A DNA stretch of 64,000 nt from an uncultured bacterium (lineage in GTDB: Bacteria > Desulfobacterota > Deferrimicrobia > J040): NCBI GenBank assembly GCA_964347065.1, contig CAYFXN010000002.1:9471-73470 (forward strand). Direction: 5' to 3'. The stretch's first letter is position 1. Each line of letters opens with the position of its first letter. The notes beneath the pieces were generated by a model. That model was not told the origin of the DNA and did no database searches. It was given only the letters and a program-made list of their open reading frames with translations. Position numbers and translations under genes: made by a program. Positions 9,792 through 20,623 of the stretch are shown one piece after another.

Positions 9792-10275
9792 GTAACGCCC
9801 GGGAGGAGTCGATCACGTCCATTTCCAGCTTTTTCCTGAAGGAAACGAGAGCTCTCTTGATCTCCTCATATTTAATCGACAGTATCGACAAGGCGAGGTA
9901 CGCGGCATTTTTGGACCCTGTTTCCCCCACCGTTACCACTGCCACAGGAATCCCCGCCGGCATCATAACCGAGGAGAGGAGAGCGTCCAAACCTGAAAGG
10001 GGAGAAAGGTCGAGGGGAATCCCGATCACCGGGAGTGTCGTGTGTGACGCAGCAAATCCGGCAAGATGGGCGGCATATCCGGCAGCCGCGATGATAACTT
10101 CGATCCCCTCTCCCTCCGCTTCCATGACGAGCCTCCCCGTTCTCTCGGGAGATCTGTGGGCAGATGCCACCTCTCTCCTTACCTCCACGCCGAAATCTTC
10201 GAGAATCTCTATCGTTTGCTTCACCGAGTCCATATCAGAACCGGACCCCATGATGACCAGAACTTTCGGAGCCAT
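9772..10275 (-). CDS. purE: N5-carboxyaminoimidazole ribonucleotide mutase
   Basis: 'VLVIMGSGSDM....', 'AHRSPER', 'IIAAAGYAAHLAG' PurE motifs. Confidence 0.9.
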   Translation of the reverse strand: MAPKVLVIMGSGSDMDSVKQTIEILEDFGVEVRREVASAHRSPERTGRLVMEAEGEGIEVIIAAAGYAAHLAGFAASHTTLPVIGIPLDLSPLSGLDALLSSVMMPAGIPVAVVTVGETGSKNAAYLALSILSIKYEEIKRALVSFRKKLEMDVIDSSRALHDQNKP

Positions 10276-11553
10276 TTATTCCCCCCTTTCCAACGCCCAG
10301 AACCCTATATCTTTCCGGTAATAGGCGCCATCCCATGATATTTTATCAACAGCCTCGTAAGCCAGGTTGATCGCATCCCTCAGGGTATCTTCCAGTACCG
10401 TGACACCAAATACTCTCCCCCCGGCGTTTACCATTGCATCACCCTCTCTTCTCGTCCCCTCGTGGAAAACCATTACATCATCCATCCCCTCAGCCTCCTC
10501 GAGCCCCTTAATCTCTAAGCCCGACTGGTATGCACCGGGGTATCCCCCTGAGGTCATAACGACGCATAGAGAAGTTCTGGTATCGACTTCAATGGAATGG
10601 TCGCCGAGATTCCCCTGAGCACACCCGACGAGCAGGGGAACGATATCGGACTTCATACGCACAAGGAGAACCTGGGCTTCTAAGTCCCCGAACCCGATAT
10701 GTAAATCGAGCAGAGCGGGATTCCCTCTGTCGATAACAAGTTTCCCGCCGAGAATCCCTTTGAAGGGTTTTCCCTCTTCACGCATCCCGTCGAGGAGTGG
10801 CTGAAAAATATTTTCCTGTGCCTTTTTCTCAATGAAGGACGTCATCGATGGAGCCGGTGAGTACGCGCCCATTCCGCCCGCATTCGGACCGGTCTCACCA
10901 TCGCCTATCCTTTCATGGTCCCTGCAGGATGGCAGGGGTATGATATTCTTCCCGTCGGAAAACAAAATGAACGTGGTCTCCTGGCCGAAAAGGAACTTCT
11001 CGACGACGACTTTCTCACCGGAAGCACCGAACGCCCCGTCGATCATCGATCTTCTCAGGAAGGCAATTGCCTCTTCGAAGGTTTCACACACACCAGCGCT
11101 CACCCCCGCCACCGGACCATCGGGCCTGATCACAACGGGAAGCGGGCAAGAGAGGATATATCTCTCGGCTTCGTCATAGTCGTCGAAAACCTCGGCGTCG
11201 ACAGTCTCGAGAGAATATTTTTTGAAAATCTCCCGCGCAAAAGATTTGCTTCCTTCCAGCTTGGCAGCCTCTTTCCCGGGACCGCATACGAGGATTCCCA
11301 CATTTTCAAGCTCTTCTGCAAGCCCCAATACGAAAGGGAATCCCGGACCAATGACCGCGAGGTCGATCTTCTGGGAAATGGCAAGTTTTCTCATTCCCTC
11401 CCTGTCCTCCACGGCAACATCGAAGAGGTCGGCATGCCTTGCGATCCCGGGGTTTCCGGGCGCACAGATAATTTTCTTCACCAGCGGCGACCGCGCAATT
11501 TTCCAAACCAGCGCGTGTTCTCGCCCCCCTGCCCCGACGACCATCACGTTCAT
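10276..11553 (-). CDS. purD: Phosphoribosylamine--glycine ligase
   Basis: 'MNVMVVGAGGREHALVWK' N-terminus and ATP-grasp body. Confidence 0.9.
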   Translation of the reverse strand: MNVMVVGAGGREHALVWKIARSPLVKKIICAPGNPGIARHADLFDVAVEDREGMRKLAISQKIDLAVIGPGFPFVLGLAEELENVGILVCGPGKEAAKLEGSKSFAREIFKKYSLETVDAEVFDDYDEAERYILSCPLPVVIRPDGPVAGVSAGVCETFEEAIAFLRRSMIDGAFGASGEKVVVEKFLFGQETTFILFSDGKNIIPLPSCRDHERIGDGETGPNAGGMGAYSPAPSMTSFIEKKAQENIFQPLLDGMREEGKPFKGILGGKLVIDRGNPALLDLHIGFGDLEAQVLLVRMKSDIVPLLVGCAQGNLGDHSIEVDTRTSLCVVMTSGGYPGAYQSGLEIKGLEEAEGMDDVMVFHEGTRREGDAMVNAGGRVFGVTVLEDTLRDAINLAYEAVDKISWDGAYYRKDIGFWALERGE

Positions 11554-11579
11554 ACATCCCGCCCCGTCGAATTGCCCTT

Positions 11580-13145
11580 TTAGTGCTTGAAGTGTCTGAT
11601 TCCCGTGAAGACCATGGCCATGCCGTGTTCATCCGCAGCCCTGATCACTTCCTCGTCCCTGATTGATCCCCCCGGCTGAATTATGGCGGTGGCGCCGGCT
11701 TCTGCCACGACGTCCACACCGTCCCTGAAGGGGAAGAACGCATCCGATGCCACGACACATCCCTTCGTGGAAATCTGCGCCTTCATTATGGCAATCCTCG
11801 CAGAGTCAACCCTCGACATCTGCCCTGCCCCGACACCCACGCATCTGTCTGTCCTGGTCAAGACTATCGCGTTCGACTTAACGTGCTTGCAAATCTTCCA
11901 TGCGAAGGAAAGTGCAGCGAGTTCATCCTCCGATGGCTTCCTCTTGGTGACAACTTTGAGGGTGCGCGGATTCAGTGTGATATGATCTGCTTCCTGAAGC
12001 AGAAGACCACCAGAGACATTTTTTGCCTCGAACTTTTTTCCCGTCTCCCTGAAGCCTCGCATATTTACCTTCATCACCCTCAGGTTCTTTTTTGCGGACA
12101 AGATCTTTATCGCATCCCTCCCATAACCCGGCGCAATTACCGCCTCGAAAAAGATCTTCGCCATTTCCCTGGCACAGGACTCATTCAACTTCCGGTTTAC
12201 GGCAACGATCCCGCCGTAGGCCGAGACGGGATCACAGGCATTTGCCTTTATAAAAGCGTCGGCAAGGCTCCGTCTGGATATTCCCGCGCCGCAGGGGTTG
12301 GTGTGTTTAATTATCGCTACGGCCGGCTCGTCGAACTCGAGAACGAGGGAGAATGCAGCGTCAATGTCCACGATGTTATTGAAAGAAAGCTCCTTCCCCT
12401 GTAACTGCTCCGCGTAGCCAATCCCTGCGACGGGGAACCTGGTGTCTCGATAAAAAGCCGCCTTCTGATGGGGGTTCTCCCCGTACCGGAGATCTTGTAA
12501 TTTATCCCACTGCCACGTAAAGACAGCGGGGAATTCTTTTTTCCCTCCTGAATCGATGAGCGAGTACAGGTAGTTCGAAATGGAAGCGTCGTACCACGCA
12601 GTGTGGGCAAAGGCCTTTTTGGCCAGTTCAAAGAGAAAGCCCTCGTCGATACTGCCCCTTTTTCGCTTGAGAAGCTCAAGAACGCGGTCGTAATCAAACG
12701 GGTCCACCACCACGCAGACCCCCCGGTAATTTTTTGCGGCTGCACGGATAAGAGTCGGTCCGCCGATGTCGATGTTCTCTATCGCCTCCTCAAGGCTGCA
12801 AGATGGTCTTTTTACGGTCTCCTCAAAAGGATAGAGGTTTACGACGATCATATCGAAGGTGTGTATCCCATGTCCCGGGAGAACCTTCATGTGCTCCTTT
12901 TTTCCCCTCGCGGCGAGTATGCCCGCATGAATTTTCGGATGAAGGGTCTTCACCCTCCCGTCGAGCATTTCGGGAAAACCCGTGTAGTCCTCTATCGCCC
13001 TGACCGATATCCTGTTTTTCTTCAGGATTGCCGCCGTCCCGCCCGACGCGTAGATTTCAATTCCGAGCCCGCGAAGGCCCCGGGCAAAATCGACGACGCC
13101 TCTCTTGTCCGATACGCTGATAATGGCCCGTCTGATCCTCGCCAT
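11580..13145 (-). CDS. purH: Bifunctional AICAR transformylase / IMP cyclohydrolase
   Basis: N-terminal MGS domain ('[20 protein letters not shown]') and AICARFT domain; C-terminal '...GIRHFKH'. Confidence 0.9.
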   Translation of the reverse strand: MARIRRAIISVSDKRGVVDFARGLRGLGIEIYASGGTAAILKKNRISVRAIEDYTGFPEMLDGRVKTLHPKIHAGILAARGKKEHMKVLPGHGIHTFDMIVVNLYPFEETVKRPSCSLEEAIENIDIGGPTLIRAAAKNYRGVCVVVDPFDYDRVLELLKRKRGSIDEGFLFELAKKAFAHTAWYDASISNYLYSLIDSGGKKEFPAVFTWQWDKLQDLRYGENPHQKAAFYRDTRFPVAGIGYAEQLQGKELSFNNIVDIDAAFSLVLEFDEPAVAIIKHTNPCGAGISRRSLADAFIKANACDPVSAYGGIVAVNRKLNESCAREMAKIFFEAVIAPGYGRDAIKILSAKKNLRVMKVNMRGFRETGKKFEAKNVSGGLLLQEADHITLNPRTLKVVTKRKPSEDELAALSFAWKICKHVKSNAIVLTRTDRCVGVGAGQMSRVDSARIAIMKAQISTKGCVVASDAFFPFRDGVDVVAEAGATAIIQPGGSIRDEEVIRAADEHGMAMVFTGIRHFKH

Positions 13146-13166
13146 TGAACATCACCTCACACTTAT

Positions 13167-14582
13167 TTATGGACTTACCGGTGGTGTAGCCCTGAGTAGG
13201 GTCTTGAGATCCTCGTCCCGGAACTCGAGGCCGAAGCCGAAGAATAGCGTTCTGAAGTCATTATTATCGTTAACGAAATCGTCGTAGCCCGCGGTCACGA
13301 AGAGGTTTTTAAAAATACTATAATTGCCGTAGAATTTCAAATGGGGATCATTGTTTGCCCTGTCGAAATCAAAGAGGTCAAAGTTCAACGACAACCGGTT
13401 TCGCAGGGCAAAATAGGAAAGCCCGAAACCCGCCGTCGACTCCATCAACCCTCCCCTGAATGTAAAATCACCAAACTTTTTTGCAATGAAAGCATTGAAT
13501 TTGAGGTCATCAGAAACGACCGTCTCTTCCGTCTGCGTCGTGGTACCGGGAGGCGTCTGGGTCGTTATGATCGTCTTGGTCTCCACATCACCGATGGGGT
13601 CGTCAACAATGCCGAAAAGATAATATTTATCAACCGTGGGCTGTATCTTCAAGGAAGCGTACTGTTTGAACTCAGATGGGTCCTCCTGGTACTCGAGCCG
13701 GTAATCCAGGAACGTCTGCAGAGTCTCCACTTTCTTGATTTGCCTGTTTATCCCGGAAAGAGCGGAATTCATGGTGTCGTAAGCATCACTGTCCGAAACG
13801 AGTTTCCCCAAGGTCCCCTCACCGCGCTCGATCTTCCCGAGAGTGGTGTCGAGCTTCCTCACAATCTCGGGGGTCTTCTCCTTCAGTATATCGGTGAACT
13901 CCCTGAGATTGGCAATGAGGATCTTCAGGTCCTCTTTCCTCTCACCCGTCACCTCCTCAAGGTTGCCGGATACCCTGTCGAGGTTTTCGAATATTCTGTC
14001 TATCTTGTCTTCGTTCGTTGCGAAGATATCCTTGAAAATTCTCGTCGAATCACGCAAATTCCCGATTATCTCCTTGAGAGAGCTTTTCCCCTCTTCATCC
14101 GCAAGGACCTCGGTTAACGACTCGGTGATTTTTTTGAAGTCATCCGCAATCAGTGTCACCTTGCGGATCAACTCGTCGATATTCGCTCCGGAATAGGACT
14201 TTTCTATTGTCCCTCCTTCCTCGATGAAACTCTCCTTGGAAAGCCCCGGATAGATCTCGATATGCTTTTCGCCTATCAATCCTTCCGATGTGAGAGCGAT
14301 GGTGGAATCTATCGGAATCTTCACCCTTTCCCTGATCTTCATCCGAACCCTCGCCCTGTTTCCCTCGAGACCTATCCCCACAACCTGGCCTACCGGCACA
14401 CCGGCCATCTTCACCACAGATTTATCGTCGAGCCCCGAAATGGTGTCGAAATCAGCATAAATCGTGTATCCCTTCTCCGTGACCTCGATCTTTCCCACTT
14501 TGAGGGTGAAATAGGCGAGTATGACGATTCCCAACAGGACGAATATGCCGACCTTGGCCTCCTTGGACATGAATGCCATCAT
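13167..14582 (-). CDS. MCE/MlaD-family protein with a long C-terminal extension
   Basis: N-terminal TM helix plus MCE domain ('VKMAGVPVGQVVGIGL...'); 471 aa, with a coiled-coil-like central region. Confidence 0.75.
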   Translation of the reverse strand: MMAFMSKEAKVGIFVLLGIVILAYFTLKVGKIEVTEKGYTIYADFDTISGLDDKSVVKMAGVPVGQVVGIGLEGNRARVRMKIRERVKIPIDSTIALTSEGLIGEKHIEIYPGLSKESFIEEGGTIEKSYSGANIDELIRKVTLIADDFKKITESLTEVLADEEGKSSLKEIIGNLRDSTRIFKDIFATNEDKIDRIFENLDRVSGNLEEVTGERKEDLKILIANLREFTDILKEKTPEIVRKLDTTLGKIERGEGTLGKLVSDSDAYDTMNSALSGINRQIKKVETLQTFLDYRLEYQEDPSEFKQYASLKIQPTVDKYYLFGIVDDPIGDVETKTIITTQTPPGTTTQTEETVVSDDLKFNAFIAKKFGDFTFRGGLMESTAGFGLSYFALRNRLSLNFDLFDFDRANNDPHLKFYGNYSIFKNLFVTAGYDDFVNDNNDFRTLFFGFGLEFRDEDLKTLLRATPPVSP

Positions 14583-15391
14583 TCCCTCCGGTTTTTCTGT
14601 TCCATGAACTTGCTATCGAATTTAACAAACTCTTCATTTTCCTTGGTAATAGGCCCTTCTGCCCGACCCTCGACAAATTGTCTCACCACGGGATTATCAG
14701 AGTGCTTTATTTCGTCGGGAGTACCAACTTCGATTATTTTCCCCCTGTAGAGCATCGCGATCTTGTCCCCTATCTTGTAGGCTGAGGTCATATCGTGGGT
14801 AATGCTTATCGACGTCACATCGAGGGCTTCCTTCATGCTGATGAGCAGATCGTTTATGACATCTGCCATGATGGGATCAAGGCCGGTTGTTGGCTCATCG
14901 TAGAGCAGTATCTCGGGCTCTGAAGCTATGGCCCTCGCCAGGCCCACCCTTTTTTTCATGCCCCCCGATAGCTCCGAAGGCATGAGATGTTGAATGTTTC
15001 GGAGTCCAACCAACGAGAGCTTCTCCTCCACCACGTCGTATATCCTGCCTTCGGGAACCAGCTTGAGCCTTCGAAGTTCGAAAGACACATTTCCTCCAAC
15101 GTTCATGGAATCGAAAAGCGCCGATCCCTGAAAGAGCATCCCGAATTTTTTCCTTACCTCGACCATTTCATCCTCTGACAGCCTAGATATGTCGGCCCCA
15201 TCGATGGAAATGCTCCCCGAGTCGGGTTTCAGGAGGCCGATAACGCATTTGATCAGGACGCTTTTCCCTGTCCCGCTTCCGCCGATTACCACCATGTTCT
15301 CGCCCTTGAAAACATCGAGATTCACGCCCTGAAGAACCTTGTTCGTTCCGAACGCCTTGTAGAGATCCCGTATTTTTATCTTTGGCCCCAT
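14579..15391 (-). CDS. ABC transporter ATP-binding protein (MlaF-like)
   Basis: Walker A 'GGSGTGKS', signature 'LSGGMKKRVGLARA', Walker B 'ILLYDEP'. Confidence 0.85.
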   Translation of the reverse strand: MGPKIKIRDLYKAFGTNKVLQGVNLDVFKGENMVVIGGSGTGKSVLIKCVIGLLKPDSGSISIDGADISRLSEDEMVEVRKKFGMLFQGSALFDSMNVGGNVSFELRRLKLVPEGRIYDVVEEKLSLVGLRNIQHLMPSELSGGMKKRVGLARAIASEPEILLYDEPTTGLDPIMADVINDLLISMKEALDVTSISITHDMTSAYKIGDKIAMLYRGKIIEVGTPDEIKHSDNPVVRQFVEGRAEGPITKENEEFVKFDSKFMEQKNRRE

Positions 15392-15393
15392 CG

Positions 15394-16173
15394 CTAAAAA
15401 AGAAGAGCGGTGAGAAAATAGTCCGAAATAAGGACCGTCATTGCAGAATATACCACCGCCCTTGTGGTGGATTTCCCCACACCCTCGGCTCCCCCCTCGG
15501 TCAAGAATCCCTGAGAGCAGCTGATGAGCGCAATCAACAATCCGAAAACTGCTGCCTTCAACAACCCGATGTAAATATCGTTCAGTTCGAGATACTGATA
15601 GGTTTTATTTATGTAAATAACCGGATTTCCTCCGAGAACCTTTACACTCACGAAATACCCCCCCACAATGCCCACGAGGTCTCCAAAGATAACGAGTATG
15701 GGCATGACGATCGTGGTGGCGATTACCCTGGGCACCACGAGAAACTTAACCGGATTCGCAGCCAGCGTATAGAGGGCATCAATTTGCTCCGTCACCTTCA
15801 TCGTGCCGAGCTCTGCAGCAATCGAGGCGCCAACCCTCCCCGATACCATGAGGCCGGCAAAGACCGGCCCGAGCTCTCTCGTCATGGAGAGAGCTACGAC
15901 CGTCCCCACGAGACTCTCGGCCTGGAACCTGGAAAAGCCGGACCAGGATTGAAGAGCGAGTACCATCCCGGTGAAGGCGGCAGTTATCAACACAACGGGA
16001 AGCGATTTGACGCCCACTTCCTCGATCTGTTTGAGTATGTTGCCTATCTCGGTGGGAGGTCTAAATGTCCAGTAAAGAGTCTCGGCCAGCATCCGCCCGT
16101 AATATCCGAGATTTTCTACGAAACCGTATACGGCTTTTCCGATGGAGTTGACAAGTTCAGAAGCGACGTTCAT
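15394..16173 (-). CDS. ABC transporter permease (MlaE-like)
   Basis: Polytopic membrane protein immediately upstream of MlaF-like and downstream of MlaD-like genes; typical MlaE length. Confidence 0.8.
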   Translation of the reverse strand: MNVASELVNSIGKAVYGFVENLGYYGRMLAETLYWTFRPPTEIGNILKQIEEVGVKSLPVVLITAAFTGMVLALQSWSGFSRFQAESLVGTVVALSMTRELGPVFAGLMVSGRVGASIAAELGTMKVTEQIDALYTLAANPVKFLVVPRVIATTIVMPILVIFGDLVGIVGGYFVSVKVLGGNPVIYINKTYQYLELNDIYIGLLKAAVFGLLIALISCSQGFLTEGGAEGVGKSTTRAVVYSAMTVLISDYFLTALLF

Positions 16174-16239
16174 CGATTTCTCCGGCAGCGGTTCTACCGT
16201 TGAGGGATTTTAACAGGACCTCCCGCGCGGTGTTTTCCC

Positions 16240-17364
16240 CTATTCGACGAAAATCCTCGGGACCCGCTTGCCAATGCCTGTAAGTATCTCGTAGGGGATC
16301 GTGTCCGCCATTTTTGCAACCCGTTCGACGGGAGACACCACGTTCCACTTTTTTCCGAAAATCATCACTTCCGAGCCCACCCTCGCTTCAGCAATTCCGG
16401 TAACGTCTATCATTATGTTGTCCATGCAAATAGCCCCGAGAACTCTGGCAGGCTTTCCTTCAACAAATACCTCGATACCGGGGGAAAGGACTTTCCTCAT
16501 CCCATCGGCATAACCGATGGGGAGCACCCCGACCCTTTCCCTCCCTTTTGTATGATACAATCTTCCGTAGCTAACGGGAAATCCCGGCGGAAACTCCTTC
16601 ATATAGTAGATTTTTGTCATGAGGGTCATAACTGGGTTCAGCCCTATGTCCTCGAAGCCCGCTCTCGGAAGGGAACCATACAGGGTTATGCCGGGCCTCA
16701 CCATATCGTGTTGATGTTCGCCAAATCGAATGATTCCCGCACTGTTGAGCATATGCAAGAGAGCTCCTCTTCTGGAAAGTACTCCTGCTACATTTCCGAA
16801 GGATTTCAACTGCTTATTCGTATGTCTCAGGTCTTCTTCATCATCTCCGTCTGCCGAGGAGAGATGGGACATAACACCCTTCAATTCGATGTGTTCCACT
16901 GCATCGACATATTTCAAAGCAGCCTCGGCTTCATCGGGGAAAATGCCGAGCCGACCCATTTCCGTGTCCACCTTGAGATGGATCCCCACTTTTTTCCTGA
17001 TTTTTTTCGATTCATCGACTATGTCTCTTAGATGTTGTAAGGATCCGATGACAACGTCGAGGCCGAGGGATATGGCTTCATCAAGATGATCGGGCATTAC
17101 CCCTCCCAGGACAATTATTTCCTCGGCAATTCCTCCATCACGGAGCTCCCTACCCTCCTTTATCGTGGCGACACCCAAATGGGAGACACCCAATTCAATG
17201 AGTTTCGATGCTACCGGCAAGGCTCCGTGACCGTAAGCATCCGCTTTTACAACGGCGAGTATCTTCGTCCTGGATTTAAGGTACCCTCTGATGCTCTCGA
17301 GGTTGCCAGCGAGATGAGACAAATTAATTTCCGCTGCGGTAGGCCTTCCCAAATGTGTTTTCAC
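16240..17364 (-). CDS. alr: Alanine racemase
   Basis: PLP motif 'AVVKADAYGHG'. Confidence 0.85.
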   Translation of the reverse strand: MKTHLGRPTAAEINLSHLAGNLESIRGYLKSRTKILAVVKADAYGHGALPVASKLIELGVSHLGVATIKEGRELRDGGIAEEIIVLGGVMPDHLDEAISLGLDVVIGSLQHLRDIVDESKKIRKKVGIHLKVDTEMGRLGIFPDEAEAALKYVDAVEHIELKGVMSHLSSADGDDEEDLRHTNKQLKSFGNVAGVLSRRGALLHMLNSAGIIRFGEHQHDMVRPGITLYGSLPRAGFEDIGLNPVMTLMTKIYYMKEFPPGFPVSYGRLYHTKGRERVGVLPIGYADGMRKVLSPGIEVFVEGKPARVLGAICMDNIMIDVTGIAEARVGSEVMIFGKKWNVVSPVERVAKMADTIPYEILTGIGKRVPRIFVE

Positions 17365-17584
17365 CTCTGCTTTTTAAATGTAAAAAAAATATATCGAATA
17401 CTTTAGGACCTTTAGAAACCTCCCGCCGCTCCCGGGCTTTTCATCGTCAAAGGTTAAAATTACTATATACTATCAAAAACCGATTTTTAAAACTGGTATT
17501 TTCCGATAGAACAAAAACGAATCTCAATCCATCACGAGATGACCGAACGGCGTAAAGATCCGGCGAAAGGAGGAGGTTTTCACG

Positions 17585-18484
17585 ATGGGAAACGTTATAG
17601 GGTTCGTTGGACTGGGGATAATGGGGCGTGAGATGGTCGCCAACATTATCTCGAGGGGAAAATATGAAACGGTAATATTCAACCGTACTCCGGCAAAATG
17701 CTCCTCTTTCAAGAAAAAGGGGGCAAAACTGGCATCATCTCTTGCGGAATTGACCAAAAAATCGGATGTGATTATCCTCATGCTCGCAGACAGTGATGCT
17801 GTTCGTTGGGCACTTGAGGACACGGGGGGGATACTGTCCGAGATGCGGGAAGGCAAGACCCTGATTGACATGGGAACCAACAGCCCTGAATTCAACATCT
17901 CCGTTGAATCCATGGTAAGGGAAAGAATGGGAGAATACATCGAAGCACCGGTCCTCGGGAGCAAGATTCCGGCAAGGGAAGCCACGTTAACCGTTTTGAC
18001 CGCAGGAGACGAGAAAGTATTCGAACGCAGCAGGGATATCCTCTCTTCCTTCGGGGAGAAGATTTTCTACATGGGTGAATGTGGCAAAGCGTCCCAGATG
18101 AAATTGATCGTCAACCAGATAATGGCGGGTATGCTCGCACTGTTTTCCGAGGGCCTCGTCATCGGTGAAAGGGCAGACATACTACCCGATAGGATGTTCG
18201 AGGTGATCGAAAACAGCGCGATACAGGCACCGATATTCAAAGTAAAGGGCCGCAACATGCTCGTGTCACATGATTTTTCTCCCCACTTCCCCTTAAAACA
18301 CGCACAGAAAGACCTGCGCCAGGCTCTCTCATGCGCCGACAAGTTGGACGTATCATGTCCCGTCACTGCCTCCGCGAACGCACAGTTCATACGTGCGAAG
18401 GATATGGGGTTCGGGGAGGAAGACTCCTCTGCGGTAATAAAAACCCTTTTGAAGGGAGATGGGGAAATTCACATAGACGTATAA
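17585..18484 (+). CDS. NAD(P)-dependent beta-hydroxyacid dehydrogenase (3-hydroxyisobutyrate dehydrogenase family)
   Basis: 'IGFVGLGIMGREM' Rossmann motif; strong AAGGAGGAGG RBS. Confidence 0.8.
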   Translation: MGNVIGFVGLGIMGREMVANIISRGKYETVIFNRTPAKCSSFKKKGAKLASSLAELTKKSDVIILMLADSDAVRWALEDTGGILSEMREGKTLIDMGTNSPEFNISVESMVRERMGEYIEAPVLGSKIPAREATLTVLTAGDEKVFERSRDILSSFGEKIFYMGECGKASQMKLIVNQIMAGMLALFSEGLVIGERADILPDRMFEVIENSAIQAPIFKVKGRNMLVSHDFSPHFPLKHAQKDLRQALSCADKLDVSCPVTASANAQFIRAKDMGFGEEDSSAVIKTLLKGDGEIHIDV

Positions 18485-18582
18485 ATGAACCGTCTGTGTT
18501 CGGGTTTCTGCCTTAAATACCTGCCTCTGACCTTTGAACCTTCAACTATGAACAAGCCCGTTGTCTTGCAAGACACCAATTC

Positions 18583-19989
18583 TTAAATCTTTTCCAGTTT
18601 GTAACCTTTCTTCGTGTCGAGAACCCTGTACCCAAGCGATTCTATCTCATCCCGCATTCTGTCGGCATTGACGTAGTCCCTGTTCCCGCGGGCACGGGCC
18701 CTGTTTTCCGCAATCTCCATAGCTTTTTGGAGGACCCTTTCGTCTTCCCTCTCCCTCTCCGCGCCATCATGAAAAAGATTCAGACCGAGCACTTCGTCCC
18801 ACTTCCGCAGTAGATAGACCTTTTCGGCACCCGGCAAACCCGACCTGACCATCTTCCAGACCGTTGCGAGGGCTTTTGGCAGATTCAGATCATTGGTAAT
18901 AACGCTTTGAAATTCATCCTGGAACTTTTTCGCCTGCTCACCGGCCTGCTCGCCCACTGCGTGCTCTTTGATAAGAGCGTTGACCTGTTTTTTCAGCCTC
19001 GCGAGGGCTACCTTGGCACCTTCCTGGGCCTGGAGAGTGAAATTCATGACCGTACGGTAATGTGCATTAAGGCAGAGGTACCTGAAGTCCATCGGCGAAA
19101 TGCCATGTCTCTCCAGATCATCGAGAGTGTATTCGTTTCTGGCAGACTTGGACATTTTTTTCCCGTCAATCAGAAGATGCCCTCCGTGCAACCAGTATCG
19201 TGCAAAATCCCCTCCTATGGCGCACCTTGCCTGGGCAATCTCATTCTCGTGGTGGGGAAAAATCAGGTCAATGCCGCCGAGGTGAAAATCAAATTCATTT
19301 CCAAGATACTTGATCGCCATCGCTGCGCACTCGATATGCCAACCGGGGAAACCTTCTCCCCAGGGGCTATCCCATTTCAACTCCCTCCCCGGTTCGGCAA
19401 TTTTCCAGAGGCTGAAATCCTCTGAATGCCTCTTGTGGTGGTCAGATTCAATCCTGTGCCCCTCCCGCAACTCTCCCGGGAGATTTCCGGAAAGCCTGCC
19501 GTATTCAGCATATTTCCCGATGTCAAAATAAATAGTCCCCCCCATCTCGTAGGTAAATCCTTTGTCGACGAGCATCGAGACGAGGTCGATCATCTCCGGA
19601 ATATGCTCGCTCGCCCGCGGATAGAGATCGGCTGGGATCAGATTCAACCTTTCCTCGTCCCGAAAAAAAGCCTCTGTGAAAAACCGGGCTATTTCCTCCG
19701 GGCTCTTCCCCGCGGCCCGGGCAGCGGCAATCACCTTGTCCTCGCCCCTCTCGAGCATCTCCTGCCGCATGTGCCCAACATCCGTTATGTTTTTCACGTG
19801 ATAGACGTCGTGGGAATGATATCTGAGCACCCGCACGAGGATATCCGACATGAGGTAAGTCCGCAAATTCCCTATGTGGGCATATCGGTAGACGGTAGGG
19901 CCACAGGTGTATACCTTTACCCCCTTCGGATCAAGGGGTATGAAGGGAACAACATCTCTTGAGAGAGTGTTGTAAACGTGCAGGTCCAT
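18583..19989 (-). CDS. cysS: Cysteine--tRNA ligase
   Basis: 'HIGNLRTYL' HIGH motif, 'KMSKS' motif and Zn-binding cysteines. Confidence 0.9.
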   Translation of the reverse strand: MDLHVYNTLSRDVVPFIPLDPKGVKVYTCGPTVYRYAHIGNLRTYLMSDILVRVLRYHSHDVYHVKNITDVGHMRQEMLERGEDKVIAAARAAGKSPEEIARFFTEAFFRDEERLNLIPADLYPRASEHIPEMIDLVSMLVDKGFTYEMGGTIYFDIGKYAEYGRLSGNLPGELREGHRIESDHHKRHSEDFSLWKIAEPGRELKWDSPWGEGFPGWHIECAAMAIKYLGNEFDFHLGGIDLIFPHHENEIAQARCAIGGDFARYWLHGGHLLIDGKKMSKSARNEYTLDDLERHGISPMDFRYLCLNAHYRTVMNFTLQAQEGAKVALARLKKQVNALIKEHAVGEQAGEQAKKFQDEFQSVITNDLNLPKALATVWKMVRSGLPGAEKVYLLRKWDEVLGLNLFHDGAEREREDERVLQKAMEIAENRARARGNRDYVNADRMRDEIESLGYRVLDTKKGYKLEKI

Positions 19990-20020
19990 GAGCTTTGTCC
20001 AGATATTTTCACGTGGCGGT

Positions 20021-20215
20021 TCAATACTCCCAGAGGGCCTCGTCGATCTCGTCCTGAATCATCTGGATGTGTTTCTTCTCCTCAGCAGCCAGAAACCGGA
20101 ACAGAGCCTTTACGTCTTCATCGTCGAACTTGTCGATCGCTTCCTTGTACTTTTTGTAAGCCCATTTTTCCCTTTCAAGGGCATCAAACAGAATTGCTGA
20201 CGGATCGTTCGCCAT
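20021..20215 (-). CDS. Small (~65 aa) rubrerythrin/ferritin-like half-domain protein
   Basis: Single E-x29-E-x2-H di-iron half motif (E16...E46-E-K-K-H49); GGGAGG RBS 5 nt before the ATG; paralog of the CDS at 21862-22065. Confidence 0.5.
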   Translation of the reverse strand: MANDPSAILFDALEREKWAYKKYKEAIDKFDDEDVKALFRFLAAEEKKHIQMIQDEIDEALWEY

Positions 20216-20238
20216 AACTACCTCCCTCATGGTATGTT

Positions 20239-20619
20239 TCAAGCCGATTTTTTCCTGTAGTCCTCGATCGCAGATTTCACCGCTTCCTCCGCCATAACGG
20301 AACAATGAATTTTTGCAGGTGGGAGGCCGTCAAGGGCTTCTGCAAGGTTCTCGTTGGTGACTTTCAAAACTTCTTCGATGGTCTTGCCTTTGATAATCTC
20401 CGTGAGCATGCTGCTCGATGCTATCGCAGCGCCACAGCCGAAAGTCCTGAACTTGGCATCCGTGATAACGTCACTTTCCACTTTGATGTAGAGCCTCATC
20501 ATATCGCCGCAGGCCGGATTGCCTACCTCTCCCACGCCGTTGGCATCCTCTATCTCCCCAACATTTCTGGGGTTCATGAAATGATCCATAACTTTTTCGC
20601 TGTAGGGTCCAATCGACAT
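20239..20619 (-). CDS. nifU: Fe-S cluster assembly scaffold (IscU/NifU N-terminal domain type)
   Basis: 'GNPACGDMMRLYI', 'FRTFGCGAAIASSS', 'LPPAKIHCSVMAEEA' with the three scaffold cysteines; start set at the internal Met directly after the nifS stop. Confidence 0.85.
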   Translation of the reverse strand: MSIGPYSEKVMDHFMNPRNVGEIEDANGVGEVGNPACGDMMRLYIKVESDVITDAKFRTFGCGAAIASSSMLTEIIKGKTIEEVLKVTNENLAEALDGLPPAKIHCSVMAEEAVKSAIEDYRKKSA

Positions 20620-20623
20620 ACTT

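Noticed and set aside
16157-16348. 63-aa ORF between the MlaE-like gene and alr
   Set aside because: It overlaps both flanking gene ends, is arginine-rich, and is a typical spurious GC-frame ORF.
18563-18574. GTCTTGCAAGAC palindrome between the convergent oxidoreductase and cysS genes
   Set aside because: It is too short and has no loop to be a convincing terminator or operator on its own.
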